Positions 1-7,701 of a stretch of DNA of 24,000 nucleotides are shown piece after piece. Under the pieces are notes generated by a model, which was not told the DNA's origin, did no database searches, and saw only the letters and a list, made by a program, of their open reading frames with translations. Position numbers and translations under genes: made by a program. Origin of the DNA: Amaricoccus sp. (GTDB taxonomy: Bacteria > Pseudomonadota > Alphaproteobacteria > Rhodobacterales > Rhodobacteraceae); NCBI RefSeq assembly GCF_017993425.1, contig NZ_JAGOMQ010000003.1, forward strand, positions 144,468-168,467, in the 5' to 3' direction. The stretch's first letter is position 1. The number at the start of each line of letters is the position of its first letter.

Positions 1-124
1 CGGCGCCGTTCGGCCCGATCACCGAGACGATCTCGCCCGGGTTGACGCGGAAGCCGACGTCCTGGACGGCCTTTAGCCCGCCGAAGGTGATGCCGAGGCC
101 GGAAACTTCGAGAAGCGTGCTCAT
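1..124 (-). CDS. ABC transporter ATP-binding protein, LivG-like (first ~41 codons only; gene runs off the window start)
   Basis: Reverse-strand ATG at 124..122 reads MSTLLEVSGLGITFGGLKAVQDVGFRVNPGEIVSVIGPNGA. This is the conserved N-terminus leading into the Walker A loop of branched-chain-type ABC ATPases. The start overlaps the upstream permease stop (ATGA at 121-124). It is absent from the ORF track because the window edge truncates it. Confidence 0.8.
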   Translation of the reverse strand, partial: MSTLLEVSGLGITFGGLKAVQDVGFRVNPGEIVSVIGPNGA

Positions 125-1077
125 TTTTCCTTCCCCCGCAGCGCGCGCAGGATGCTGGGAAGCAGCCCCTCGCGCATGAAGATCATGCAGAGCATCATCA
201 CGAGGCCGAGCAGGATCTGCTCGTACTCCTGGAACACGGTCAGCACCTGCGGCAGCGTCGTCAGGATCGCCGCGCCGAGGAACGCGCCGAGCACCGAGCC
301 GACGCCGCCCAGCACCGCCATGGTGACCATCTCGATCGAGTGCATGAAGCCGGCGACGTCCGGGGTGACGAACTTGTTCTGCAGCGCGAGGAGCGAGCCC
401 GAGAGCGAGGCGTAGACCGCCGAGATGACGAAGGCCTGCAGCTTCGCCCGCGAGACGTCGATCCCGACCGTGCGCGCCGCGATCTCCGAGCCGTGGAGCG
501 CGCGCAGCGCCCGGCCGCTCGGGCTGTCGTAGAGGTTGAGCGCCACCCAGCCGCCGAGGACCAGCACGAGGCCGGAGAAGAAGTACCAGAACTGCGAGTT
601 GGAGAGGTCGATCCCGATCGCCTCCAGCACGTCGTTGAGGCCGAGGTCGGGCACCTCGATCCCGTCGGGGCCGCGGGTGAGCCAGGCCTCGTTGGCGAGG
701 ATCATCGAGACGAGGATGCCGAGCCCGAGCGTCGCCACCGCGAGGTAGTAGCCCTTGAGCCGCAGCACCGGCCGCCCGACCGCCCAGGCGAGCCCCCCCG
801 AGACCGCTGCGCCGAGGATGGCCGCGAGCCCCGGATGCAGCCCGAGATGGATCGGCGCGAGCGCGCAGGCATAGGCGCCGATCCCGACGAAGCCCGCGTG
901 CCCCAGGCTGATCTGCCCGGCGTAGCCGATCAGGATGACGAGCCCGGTCACGGCGAGGCCGTTGACGAAGATCAGCGAGCCGATGCGGTAGTAGTAGTTG
1001 GAGGGAAAGAACAGCGGCGACAGAATTACGATGGCCGCGAGGACGAGGAGCGTGACGCGCTTGCTGGCCATCGTCAC
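121..1077 (-). CDS. Branched-chain-amino-acid-type ABC transporter permease (LivM-like)
   Basis: 318-aa track ORF, hydrophobic and multi-TM throughout, with LivM-type blocks (GYAGQISLGHAGFVGIGAY, RLKGYYLAVATLGLG). The GTG start at 1077 overlaps the upstream stop (GTGA). An ATG two codons in (1071) is an alternative start. Confidence 0.88.
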   Translation of the reverse strand: MTMASKRVTLLVLAAIVILSPLFFPSNYYYRIGSLIFVNGLAVTGLVILIGYAGQISLGHAGFVGIGAYACALAPIHLGLHPGLAAILGAAVSGGLAWAVGRPVLRLKGYYLAVATLGLGILVSMILANEAWLTRGPDGIEVPDLGLNDVLEAIGIDLSNSQFWYFFSGLVLVLGGWVALNLYDSPSGRALRALHGSEIAARTVGIDVSRAKLQAFVISAVYASLSGSLLALQNKFVTPDVAGFMHSIEMVTMAVLGGVGSVLGAFLGAAILTTLPQVLTVFQEYEQILLGLVMMLCMIFMREGLLPSILRALRGKEK

Positions 1078-1946
1078 ACCCGGTCCGTCGACTTGCGGCC
1101 GAAGATGCCCTGCGGCATCACGAAGAGCACGACGAGGATCACGACGAAGGCCGCCGCGTCCTTGTAGACCGAGCTCAGGTAGCCCGCCGTCAGCGCCTCG
1201 ATCAGCCCGAGCAGGATGCCGCCGACCAGCGCCCCCACCGGCACGCCCATGCCGCCGAGCATCGCCGCGGCGAAGCCCTTGAGCGCTAGCGGGATGCCGA
1301 CGTCGTAGGCGGTGTTGGTGATCGGCGTGACCAGAACGCCGGCGAGCGCCCCGATCCCCGCGGAGAGCGCGAAGGAGAGCGTCATCACCCAGTTGGTGTT
1401 GATGCCGACGAGCTGCGCCGCGAGCCGGTTGTTCGAGGTGGCGAGCACCGCCCGCCCGGTCAGCGTCTTGGTGAAGAACGCCCAGAGGCCGACGAAGACG
1501 CAGATCGCGCCGAAGAGCACCCAGAGCGACTGCGGCAGGATGGTCGCGCCGAGGACCTGGATCGGCGTGTCGCCGGAGAACGCCGGGAAGCGGTGCAGCT
1601 GCTTGTCGAAGACGAGCTGCGCCACCCCGCGGATGAAGATCGAGGCGCCGATGGTGATGATGATCAGCGACACCACCGGCGCGCCACGCGCCGGCTCGAT
1701 GGCGAGCTTGTTGAGCGCCACGCCCACCATGGCCGTCGCCGCGATGGCGATCAGCGCCGCGAGCGGCAGCGGCAGCCCCGCCATGCTGGCGAAGACGGTG
1801 ATCATGCCGCCGAGCATGACGAACTCGCCCTGGGCGAAGTTCACCACGTCGGAGGCGTTGTAGATGATGGTGAAGCCGAGCGCGACGAGCGCGTAGACCG
1901 CGCCGACCGTCACGCCGGACAGCAGGAATTGCATGAGTTCGGGCAT
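1074..1946 (-). CDS. Branched-chain-amino-acid-type ABC transporter permease (LivH-like)
   Basis: Track ORF 1074..2669 is over-extended through an Arg/Pro-rich shadow region. The credible start is the ATG giving MPELMQFLLSGVTVGAVYALVALGFTIIYNASDVVNFAQGEF (typical LivH N-terminus), 290 aa. It was placed at 1946 by counting codons back from the stop. Confidence 0.88.
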   Translation of the reverse strand: MPELMQFLLSGVTVGAVYALVALGFTIIYNASDVVNFAQGEFVMLGGMITVFASMAGLPLPLAALIAIAATAMVGVALNKLAIEPARGAPVVSLIIITIGASIFIRGVAQLVFDKQLHRFPAFSGDTPIQVLGATILPQSLWVLFGAICVFVGLWAFFTKTLTGRAVLATSNNRLAAQLVGINTNWVMTLSFALSAGIGALAGVLVTPITNTAYDVGIPLALKGFAAAMLGGMGVPVGALVGGILLGLIEALTAGYLSSVYKDAAAFVVILVVLFVMPQGIFGRKSTDRV

Positions 1947-2059
1947 GGGGCGTCGAGCTCCAGCGGGAGGAGGGGGAAGGGGGCGGACGGCGCCGGGCGG
2001 GCTGCCCGCCCGGCGGTCGGCTGATGGGGCAGGGGGCGCGCGCCCGCCTGCCGGCGGCG

Positions 2060-3202
2060 TTACTCGGTGAGGGTCCAGTCGCCGCCCTTGATCTCCAGCA
2101 TCCGGAACGCCGAGAGGTCGAAGCCGAGGTGGTCCTCCTTCGACATGGTCACGACGCCGGTGGTGCCGGCGAGGCCCGCCGTCGCCTCGATGGCGTCGCG
2201 GATGTCGGCCGGGTCGCTCGACCCCGCGCGCTTCAGCGCGTCGACCAGGATGGCGAAGGCGTCGTGGGCGTAGCCGCCGAAGGTCGAGGGCGCCTCGCCG
2301 TTCGCCGCCTGGTACTCCGCGACATAGGCCGCCACGACCGGCTTCTGCGGATCGCCCTCGGGCAGCAGGTCGCCGACGAGGAGAGCGGTGCCGGGCAGCC
2401 GCACGCCCTCCGCCGCATCGGCGCCGGCGAGGTCGATGAAGCCCTTCGAGGCCACGCCGTGGCTCTGGTAGAGCGGCAGCCCGACCGCGAGCTGCTGGTA
2501 GTTGCGCGTCACGATCGACGGCCCCTGGCCGAAGCCCGGGTTCAGCACCGCCTCGATTCCGGCGGTGTTCTTGATGTTGGTGAGCTGCGGCGTCATGTCC
2601 GCGTCGGTCGGCCCATAGCTCTCGTCCGCCAGGATCTCGATCCCGTAGTCCCCGACCACCTCGAGGCAATGCTTGCGCATCGAGGCGCCGAAGCCGTCGG
2701 TGCCGGAGATCATGCCGATCTTGGTGATCCCGCGCGCCTTCATGTCCTCGAAGATCTTCTGGCAGGCCATGCGGTCAGTGTGCGGGGTCTTGAACACCCA
2801 TTCCTTGACCGGGTCGATGATCTCGATGGCGCCTGCGAGCGAGATGAACGGGATCTCGGCGTCCTCGACCACTGGGATGATCGACATCGTGGTGCCGGTG
2901 GTGGTGCCGCCGATGATCGCGACCACCTCGTCGTCCTCGACGAGGCGGGTGGCGAAGGTGCGCGCCTTGTTCGGGTCGCCGCCGTCGTCGTAGAGCGTCA
3001 GCGCGATCTCCTCGCCGTTGATCCCGCCCTCTGCGTTCACCTTGTCGGCCATCATCTTCAGCGTCTTCGCCTCGGGATCGCCGAGGAACGCGGCCGGGCC
3101 GGTCTCGGAAACCGTCACGCCGATCCGGATCTCGGCCGACGCCGCGGAGGCGAGGCCGAGCGCGGCGAGCATGGCGAGCGCAGTGGTGTTCAGGGCTTGC
3201 AT
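2060..3202 (-). CDS. Periplasmic substrate-binding protein of Liv/Leu-Ile-Val-binding family (candidate aromatic-acid/phenylacetate binding protein)
   Basis: 380 aa with an N-terminal signal peptide (MQALNTTALAMLAALGLASAASA|E). Type-I periplasmic binding protein blocks are present (IRIGVTVSETGPAAFLG, VVAIIGGTTTGTT). GGAGGA lies 6 nt upstream of the ATG at 3202. The gene is only 36 nt downstream of paaN. Confidence 0.85.
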   Translation of the reverse strand: MQALNTTALAMLAALGLASAASAEIRIGVTVSETGPAAFLGDPEAKTLKMMADKVNAEGGINGEEIALTLYDDGGDPNKARTFATRLVEDDEVVAIIGGTTTGTTMSIIPVVEDAEIPFISLAGAIEIIDPVKEWVFKTPHTDRMACQKIFEDMKARGITKIGMISGTDGFGASMRKHCLEVVGDYGIEILADESYGPTDADMTPQLTNIKNTAGIEAVLNPGFGQGPSIVTRNYQQLAVGLPLYQSHGVASKGFIDLAGADAAEGVRLPGTALLVGDLLPEGDPQKPVVAAYVAEYQAANGEAPSTFGGYAHDAFAILVDALKRAGSSDPADIRDAIEATAGLAGTTGVVTMSKEDHLGFDLSAFRMLEIKGGDWTLTE

Positions 3203-3238
3203 TCGGGTTCCTCCCCCAGGGTTGCTTGCGTGGTTTTC

Positions 3239-4891
3239 TCAGGCGGCCTTGGGCCGACGCCACATCGCCCGCCGGAAGCGGCCGGCGACGAAGGCGGCGT
3301 CGGTCAGGCTGGCGTTGCCGGCCGGATTGAGGCCGGTGACGTGGTAGTCGCTGAAGGCGGCGCTCTGGTTCACGTAGATGCCGCCGGTCAGGTTCACGGA
3401 CAGGTTGACCCCCGCGTGGGCGAAGGCCTCCGCGGCCCGCAGGATGCGGTCCTCGTCGGTGTCGTAGAGCGCCGCGGTGATCGCGCCCTTGCGCCGGGCG
3501 AGGTCCGTCGCGCGGGCGACGCCCTCGTCCGCGTCCGCGACCGCGACCACGAAGGCGATCGGCCCGAACCGCTCCTCGCCGTAGGCCGCTTCGTCGGCGG
3601 CGTCGACGGCGAGGATCAGCGGCGAGGCGGTGCGGCCCTCGCCGACCGGCCCGCTGTCGCGCACCACCTGGCCGAGGCCGCGCGCGGCGGCGACGCGCTC
3701 GAGCGTCGCCGGGTTGGCGATCGCCCCGCAGACCCCGGCGGCCCGCGCCGGATCGGCGAGGAGCGCGTCCGCCGCCGCCGCGATCCCGGCCGCCACCTCG
3801 TCGAAGCCCTTGTGCCCCTCGTCGGTCTCGATCCCGCCCCTCGGGACGAAGATGTCCTGCGGCGTCGTGCACATCTGGCCGGAGTAGAGCGCCAGCGAGA
3901 AGGCGAGGTTGTCGCACATCGCCGCGAAGGCGTCCGTCCCGGCGACGACCACCGAGTTGACCCCGGCCTCTTCGGTATAGACCTGCGCCCCGCGGGCGTT
4001 CGTCCGCACCCATTCGCCGAAGGCGTTCGATCCGGTGTAGTCGACGATCCCGACCCCCGGATGCGCGACCAGCGCCTTCGCCAGCGGCGCCTCCGCCGAA
4101 TCGGCGGCCAGCAGCACGACGTCGCGCGGCAGCTCCGCCTCGGCGAGCACGTCGCGCAGCACCGCGACGGTCAGCGCCAGCGGCAGCGTCGCCGCCGGAT
4201 GCGGCTTCACGATGACCGGGTTCCCCGTCGCGAGGCTCGCGAAGAGCCCGGGATAGCTGTTCCAAGTCGGGAAGGTGTTGCAGCCGATGACCAGCCCCAC
4301 CCCACGCGGCACCAGGCTCCAGCGCTTCTCGATCACGAGCGGCGCCGCCTTGCCCTGCGGCTTCTCCCACACCGCGCCGGCCGGGCTCCGCGTCATCTCC
4401 GCCCAGGCCACGGCCACCGCCTCCAGCCCCCGGTCCTGCGCGTGCGGGCCGCCCGCCTGGAACGCCATCGCGAACGGCTGCCCGGTCGTGTGCATCGTGG
4501 CGGACCCGATCTCGAAGCTCATCGCGTTCAGCCGGACCAGCGCCTCGAGGCACACGCCGACGCGCAGCTCCGGCCCCGCGGCCGCCCATGCCGGCCCCGC
4601 CGCCTCGGCGGCCGCGACCAGCGCTTCTGCGTCCGCCGTCGGATACGAGATCCCGAGCGCCGGCCCGAACGGCGAGGCCTCGGCGCCGACCCGTCCCGAT
4701 TCGGGATGGCCGGCCATCTCGAAGGGCTTGCCAAGCCGCGCCTCGAAGGCGGCGAGCCCGTCGGCCCGCGCGGTCTCGCCATAGATCTTCCCGCTCGGAA
4801 CTTCCGGAAAAGGCGTCCAGAATCCGCGCGTGACCAGCGCGGCCAGCGCGTCGTCGAGCAGCGCCTTGTGGCGGGCGAGCAGGGTGCTCAT
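3239..4891 (-). CDS. paaN: Stand-alone PaaN-type aldehyde dehydrogenase of phenylacetate clusters
   Basis: The track ORF (570 aa) is trimmed to MSTLLARHKALLDDALAAL (ATG 4891, GGAGG RBS upstream), giving 550 aa. It has an ALDH fold with a catalytic Cys block (LYSGQMCTTPQDIFVP) and a Glu block (VYTEEAGVNSVVV). It has no C-terminal MaoC domain, unlike PaaZ at 11568-13634. Confidence 0.8.
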   Translation of the reverse strand: MSTLLARHKALLDDALAALVTRGFWTPFPEVPSGKIYGETARADGLAAFEARLGKPFEMAGHPESGRVGAEASPFGPALGISYPTADAEALVAAAEAAGPAWAAAGPELRVGVCLEALVRLNAMSFEIGSATMHTTGQPFAMAFQAGGPHAQDRGLEAVAVAWAEMTRSPAGAVWEKPQGKAAPLVIEKRWSLVPRGVGLVIGCNTFPTWNSYPGLFASLATGNPVIVKPHPAATLPLALTVAVLRDVLAEAELPRDVVLLAADSAEAPLAKALVAHPGVGIVDYTGSNAFGEWVRTNARGAQVYTEEAGVNSVVVAGTDAFAAMCDNLAFSLALYSGQMCTTPQDIFVPRGGIETDEGHKGFDEVAAGIAAAADALLADPARAAGVCGAIANPATLERVAAARGLGQVVRDSGPVGEGRTASPLILAVDAADEAAYGEERFGPIAFVVAVADADEGVARATDLARRKGAITAALYDTDEDRILRAAEAFAHAGVNLSVNLTGGIYVNQSAAFSDYHVTGLNPAGNASLTDAAFVAGRFRRAMWRRPKAA

Positions 4892-4923
4892 TCTGGATTT
4901 CCTCCCGTTCGTTGGTTTTATCA

Positions 4924-4939
4924 TTGACCGGCCGGTCGG
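4924..4939. promoter_or_regulatory. Candidate PaaR operator 1 (TTGACCGGCCGGTCGG; palindromic core GACCGGCCGGTC) in the divergent paaN/paaG promoter region
   Basis: The 18-nt block CATTGACCGGCCGGTCGG (4922-4939) is identical to the reverse complement of 19579-19596 upstream of paaJ. It is flanked by TTATCA (4918-4923) and TTATGC (4941-4946), 17 nt apart. Confidence 0.6.
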
Positions 4940-5018
4940 TTTATGCAACATCTTTTTTCAGCGCAGGACAAACGGCGACGCCCCGAGCGCCGGGCCCGCA
5001 GGAGGAACCGGAAACGAC

Positions 5019-5807
5019 ATGGCCGACACGCTGCTGACTTCCCTCGACGCGGGCGTGCTGACGCTCACGCTCAACCGCCCCGACAAGCTCAACTCCTTCA
5101 ACGAGGAGATGCATCGCGCGCTCCGCGCCGGCTTCGAGCGGGCCGCCGCCGACGCGGCCGTCCGTGCGGTCCTCCTCACCGGCGCCGGCCGCGGCTTCTC
5201 CGCCGGCCAGGACCTTGGCGACCGCGACCCGCGCAAGGCGACCCAGCCGCCGGACCTCGGCGTGACGCTCGACACCTTCTACAACCCGACGCTGCGCCTG
5301 ATCCGCGCGCTGGAGAAGCCCGTCGTCTGCGCCGTCAACGGCGTCGCCGCGGGCGCCGGCGCCAACATCGCCTTCGCCTGCGACATCGTGCTCGCCGCCC
5401 GCTCGGCGAAGTTCATCCAGGCCTTCGCGAAGATCGGCCTCGTCCCCGACGCCGGCGGCAGCTGGTCGCTCGCCCGCATCCTCGGCGAGCCCCGCGCCAA
5501 GGCGCTGGCGCTCCTCGCCGAGCCGCTCCCGGCCGAGACCGCCGCCGACTGGGGCCTGATCTGGAAGGTCGTCGACGACGCCGACCTGCTCGCCGAGGCG
5601 ACGGCGATCGCGAAGCGCCTCGCCGCCGGCCCGACCCGCGGCCTCGGCCTCACCAAGCGCGCCATCCAGGCCGCCGCGGGCAACACGCTCGACGCCCAGC
5701 TCGACCTCGAGCGCGACCTCCAGCGCGAGGCCGGCCGCACCGCCGACTACGCGGAGGGCGTCGTCGCCTTCCTCGAGAAGCGCCCGGCGGAGTTCAAGGG
5801 ACGATGA
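5019..5807 (+). CDS. paaG: 1,2-epoxyphenylacetyl-CoA isomerase (crotonase family) PaaG
   Basis: Track ORF 4830..5807 is trimmed to MADTLLTSLDAGVLTLTLNRPDKLNSF (ATG 5019, GGAGGA at 5001). It is near-colinear with E. coli PaaG as I recall it (LLTGAGRGFSAGQDL, FYNP, KPVVCAVNGVAAGAGA, LDAQLDLERDLQ..GRTADYAEGVVAFLEKR). Confidence 0.9.
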   Translation: MADTLLTSLDAGVLTLTLNRPDKLNSFNEEMHRALRAGFERAAADAAVRAVLLTGAGRGFSAGQDLGDRDPRKATQPPDLGVTLDTFYNPTLRLIRALEKPVVCAVNGVAAGAGANIAFACDIVLAARSAKFIQAFAKIGLVPDAGGSWSLARILGEPRAKALALLAEPLPAETAADWGLIWKVVDDADLLAEATAIAKRLAAGPTRGLGLTKRAIQAAAGNTLDAQLDLERDLQREAGRTADYAEGVVAFLEKRPAEFKGR

Positions 5808-6247
5808 CCACGGCCGCCGCCCTCTCCCCCCAACAGCTCGCCGAGGCCTGCGCCGCGGCGATGTGGGCCGACGACAAGGCCTCGCAGCAGCTCGGGATGC
5901 GGATCGAGCATATCGCCCCCGGCGAGGCGACGCTCTCGATGGACGTCGCCGAGTTCATGCTGAACGGCCACGGCCTCGCCCATGGCGGCTACATCTTCAC
6001 GCTCGCCGACAGCGCCTTCGCCTTCGCCTGCAACGGCCAAAACCAGCGCACCGTCGGCCACCAGGCCGCGATCACCTACCTCGCCCCCGGCCGCCGCGGC
6101 GACCGCCTGACCGCCGCCGCCCGCGAGCTGCACCGCGGCAGGCGCGACGGCATCTACGACGTCACCGTGACCAACGACCGTGGCGAGCGGATCGCCGTGT
6201 TCCGCGGCCATTCGCGCACCGTCAAGGGAACCCACCTGCCGGAGTGA
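5804..6247 (+). CDS. paaI: Hydroxyphenylacetyl-CoA/phenylacetyl-CoA thioesterase PaaI (hot-dog fold)
   Basis: The last 147 aa of track ORF 4943..6247 read MTTAAALSPQQLAEACAAAMWADDKASQQLGM...NGHGLAHGGYIFTLADSAFAFAC. The ATG at 5804 overlaps the paaG stop (ATGA). Confidence 0.88.
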   Translation: MTTAAALSPQQLAEACAAAMWADDKASQQLGMRIEHIAPGEATLSMDVAEFMLNGHGLAHGGYIFTLADSAFAFACNGQNQRTVGHQAAITYLAPGRRGDRLTAAARELHRGRRDGIYDVTVTNDRGERIAVFRGHSRTVKGTHLPE

Positions 6248-6294
6248 CCGGCGCCCGCAACGCATCCAGCAACGCATCTGGGAGGAAGCCTGAC

Positions 6295-7605
6295 ATGACC
6301 ACCGCCACCCTGTCCCGCGAGGGCCTCCACGCCATCGAGAACGCCTCGCGCGACGAGATCGCCGGGCTCCAGCTCGAGCGGATGAAGTGGTCCGTCCGCC
6401 ACGCCTACGAGAACTCGGCCTTCTACCGGAAGCGCTTCGACGACCACGGCGTCCACCCCGACGACCTAAAGACCCTCGCCGACCTCGCCAAGTTCCCCTT
6501 CACCGTGAAGCAGGACCTGCGCGACACCTATCCCTTCGGCATGTTCGCCGTCCCCCGCGAGAAGCTCAGCCGCATCCACGGCTCCTCCGGCACCACCGGC
6601 AAGCCGACCGTCGTCGGCTATACCGCCAACGACATCTCGACCTGGGCCGACCTGATCGCCCGCTCGATCTATGCCTCCGGCGGCCGCCCCGGCGACATCG
6701 CCCACATCGCCTATGGCTACGGCCTCTTCACCGGCGGCCTCGGCGCGCACTACGGGGCCGAGCGCCTCGGCTGCACCGTCGTCCCGATCTCCGGCGGCAT
6801 GACCGAGCGGCAGGTCACCCTGATCCAGGACTTCAAGCCGCGGATCATCATGGTGACGCCGTCCTACATGCTGTCGATCCAGGACGAGTTCCGCCGCCAG
6901 GGCCTCGATCCGCGCGAGAGCTCGCTCGAGGTCGGCATCTTCGGGGCGGAGCCGTGGACGAACGCCATGCGCGAGGAGATCGAGCAGGCCTTCGCCATGG
7001 ACGCCGTCGACATCTACGGCCTCTCCGAGATCATGGGCCCCGGCGTCGCCAACGAGTGCGTCGAGACCAAGGACGGCCTCCACGTCTGGGAGGACCACTT
7101 CTACCCCGAGATCATCGACCCCGAGACCGGCGCCGTCCTCCCCGACGGCGAGCTCGGCGAGCTCGTCTTCACGACCCTCACCAAGGAGGGCCTGCCGATG
7201 ATCCGCTACCGCACCCGCGACCTCACCCGGTTGCTGCCCGGCACCGCCCGCTCCATGCGCCGCATGGAGAAGGTCACGGGCCGGTCCGACGACATGATCA
7301 TCCTGCGCGGCGTCAACGTCTTCCCGACCCAGATCGAGGAGCAGATCCTGAAATGCGCCGGGCTCGCTCCGCATTTCCAGATCGAGCTCGTCCGCAAGGG
7401 CCGCATGGACGACATGATCGTCCACGTCGAGGCCGCCGCCGGCGCCGCCTCGGCGGAGGCCCGCGCCGCCTCGGCGAAGGAGCTCGCCCACCACATCAAG
7501 AGCGTGGTCGGCGTCTCGACGAAGATCGACATCGCCGACCCGAACAGCGTCCAGCGCTCCGAGGGCAAGGCGAAGCGGGTCGTGGACAATCGGCCCAAAG
7601 AATGA
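6295..7605 (+). CDS. paaK: Phenylacetate-CoA ligase PaaK
   Basis: Track ORF 5863..7605 is trimmed to MTTATLSREGLHAIENASRDEIAGLQLERMKW (ATG 6295, GGAGGAAG at 6281-6288), giving 436 aa. The AMP-binding motif SSGTTGKPT and PaaK-type blocks (YGYGLFTGGLG, GLSEIMGPGV, RTRD, ILRGVNVFP) are present. Confidence 0.93.
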   Translation: MTTATLSREGLHAIENASRDEIAGLQLERMKWSVRHAYENSAFYRKRFDDHGVHPDDLKTLADLAKFPFTVKQDLRDTYPFGMFAVPREKLSRIHGSSGTTGKPTVVGYTANDISTWADLIARSIYASGGRPGDIAHIAYGYGLFTGGLGAHYGAERLGCTVVPISGGMTERQVTLIQDFKPRIIMVTPSYMLSIQDEFRRQGLDPRESSLEVGIFGAEPWTNAMREEIEQAFAMDAVDIYGLSEIMGPGVANECVETKDGLHVWEDHFYPEIIDPETGAVLPDGELGELVFTTLTKEGLPMIRYRTRDLTRLLPGTARSMRRMEKVTGRSDDMIILRGVNVFPTQIEEQILKCAGLAPHFQIELVRKGRMDDMIVHVEAAAGAASAEARAASAKELAHHIKSVVGVSTKIDIADPNSVQRSEGKAKRVVDNRPKE

Positions 7606-7606
7606 T

Positions 7607-7622
7607 TTGACCGCCCGGACGG
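7607..7622. promoter_or_regulatory. Degenerate third copy of the paa box (TTGACCGCCCGGACGG, 14/16 identical) upstream of paaR
   Basis: It lies immediately after the paaK stop and 80 nt upstream of the paaR ATG. A second TTGACC follows at 7631-7636. Confidence 0.35.
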
Positions 7623-7701
7623 ACAACGAATTGACCCGAGGGGGGCGGCCGCCTGCGGCCGTCCCCGAACCGCGTCCGGCTATGGGAACGGAACTGACGG
7701 C

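Noticed and set aside
1921-1981. Apparent 1-nt disagreement between the printed bases and the ORF track. As I read it, the row starting at 1921 has an extra c at its start and one g fewer at the 1980/1981 boundary than the translations of ORFs 1074-2669 (-) and 1593-2024 (+) require.
   Set aside because: Both track ORFs agree with each other, and coordinates on either side (1861 and 2024) are consistent. I cannot exclude that I misread the row. I therefore treat it as a reading or formatting artefact, not a real frameshift in the LivH-like gene, and I placed the start (1946) from the track frame.
1947-2669. N-terminal extensions of track ORFs (1074-2669, 4830-5807, 4943-6247, 5863-7605, 3239-4951, 16047-17120, 17333-18385, 20028-21086, 21594-22082, 21652-23223)
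   Set aside because: The upstream parts are Arg/Pro-rich junk that overlaps neighbouring genes or tRNAs. In each case an internal ATG with a Shine-Dalgarno sequence gives an N-terminus matching the known family, so the shorter models were used.
2024-4927. 967-aa plus-strand ORF, together with similar giants (11532-14441 +, 9278-11698 +, 6466-8103 -, 2775-4589 -, 18316-19578 +, 19671-21122 +, 22003-23136 -, 22619-23323 -)
   Set aside because: All are Arg/Gly/Pro/Asp/His-rich low-complexity translations lying antisense or out of frame to genes with clear family-level matches. These are classic shadow ORFs of very GC-rich DNA where stop codons are rare. None has a recognisable motif or RBS.
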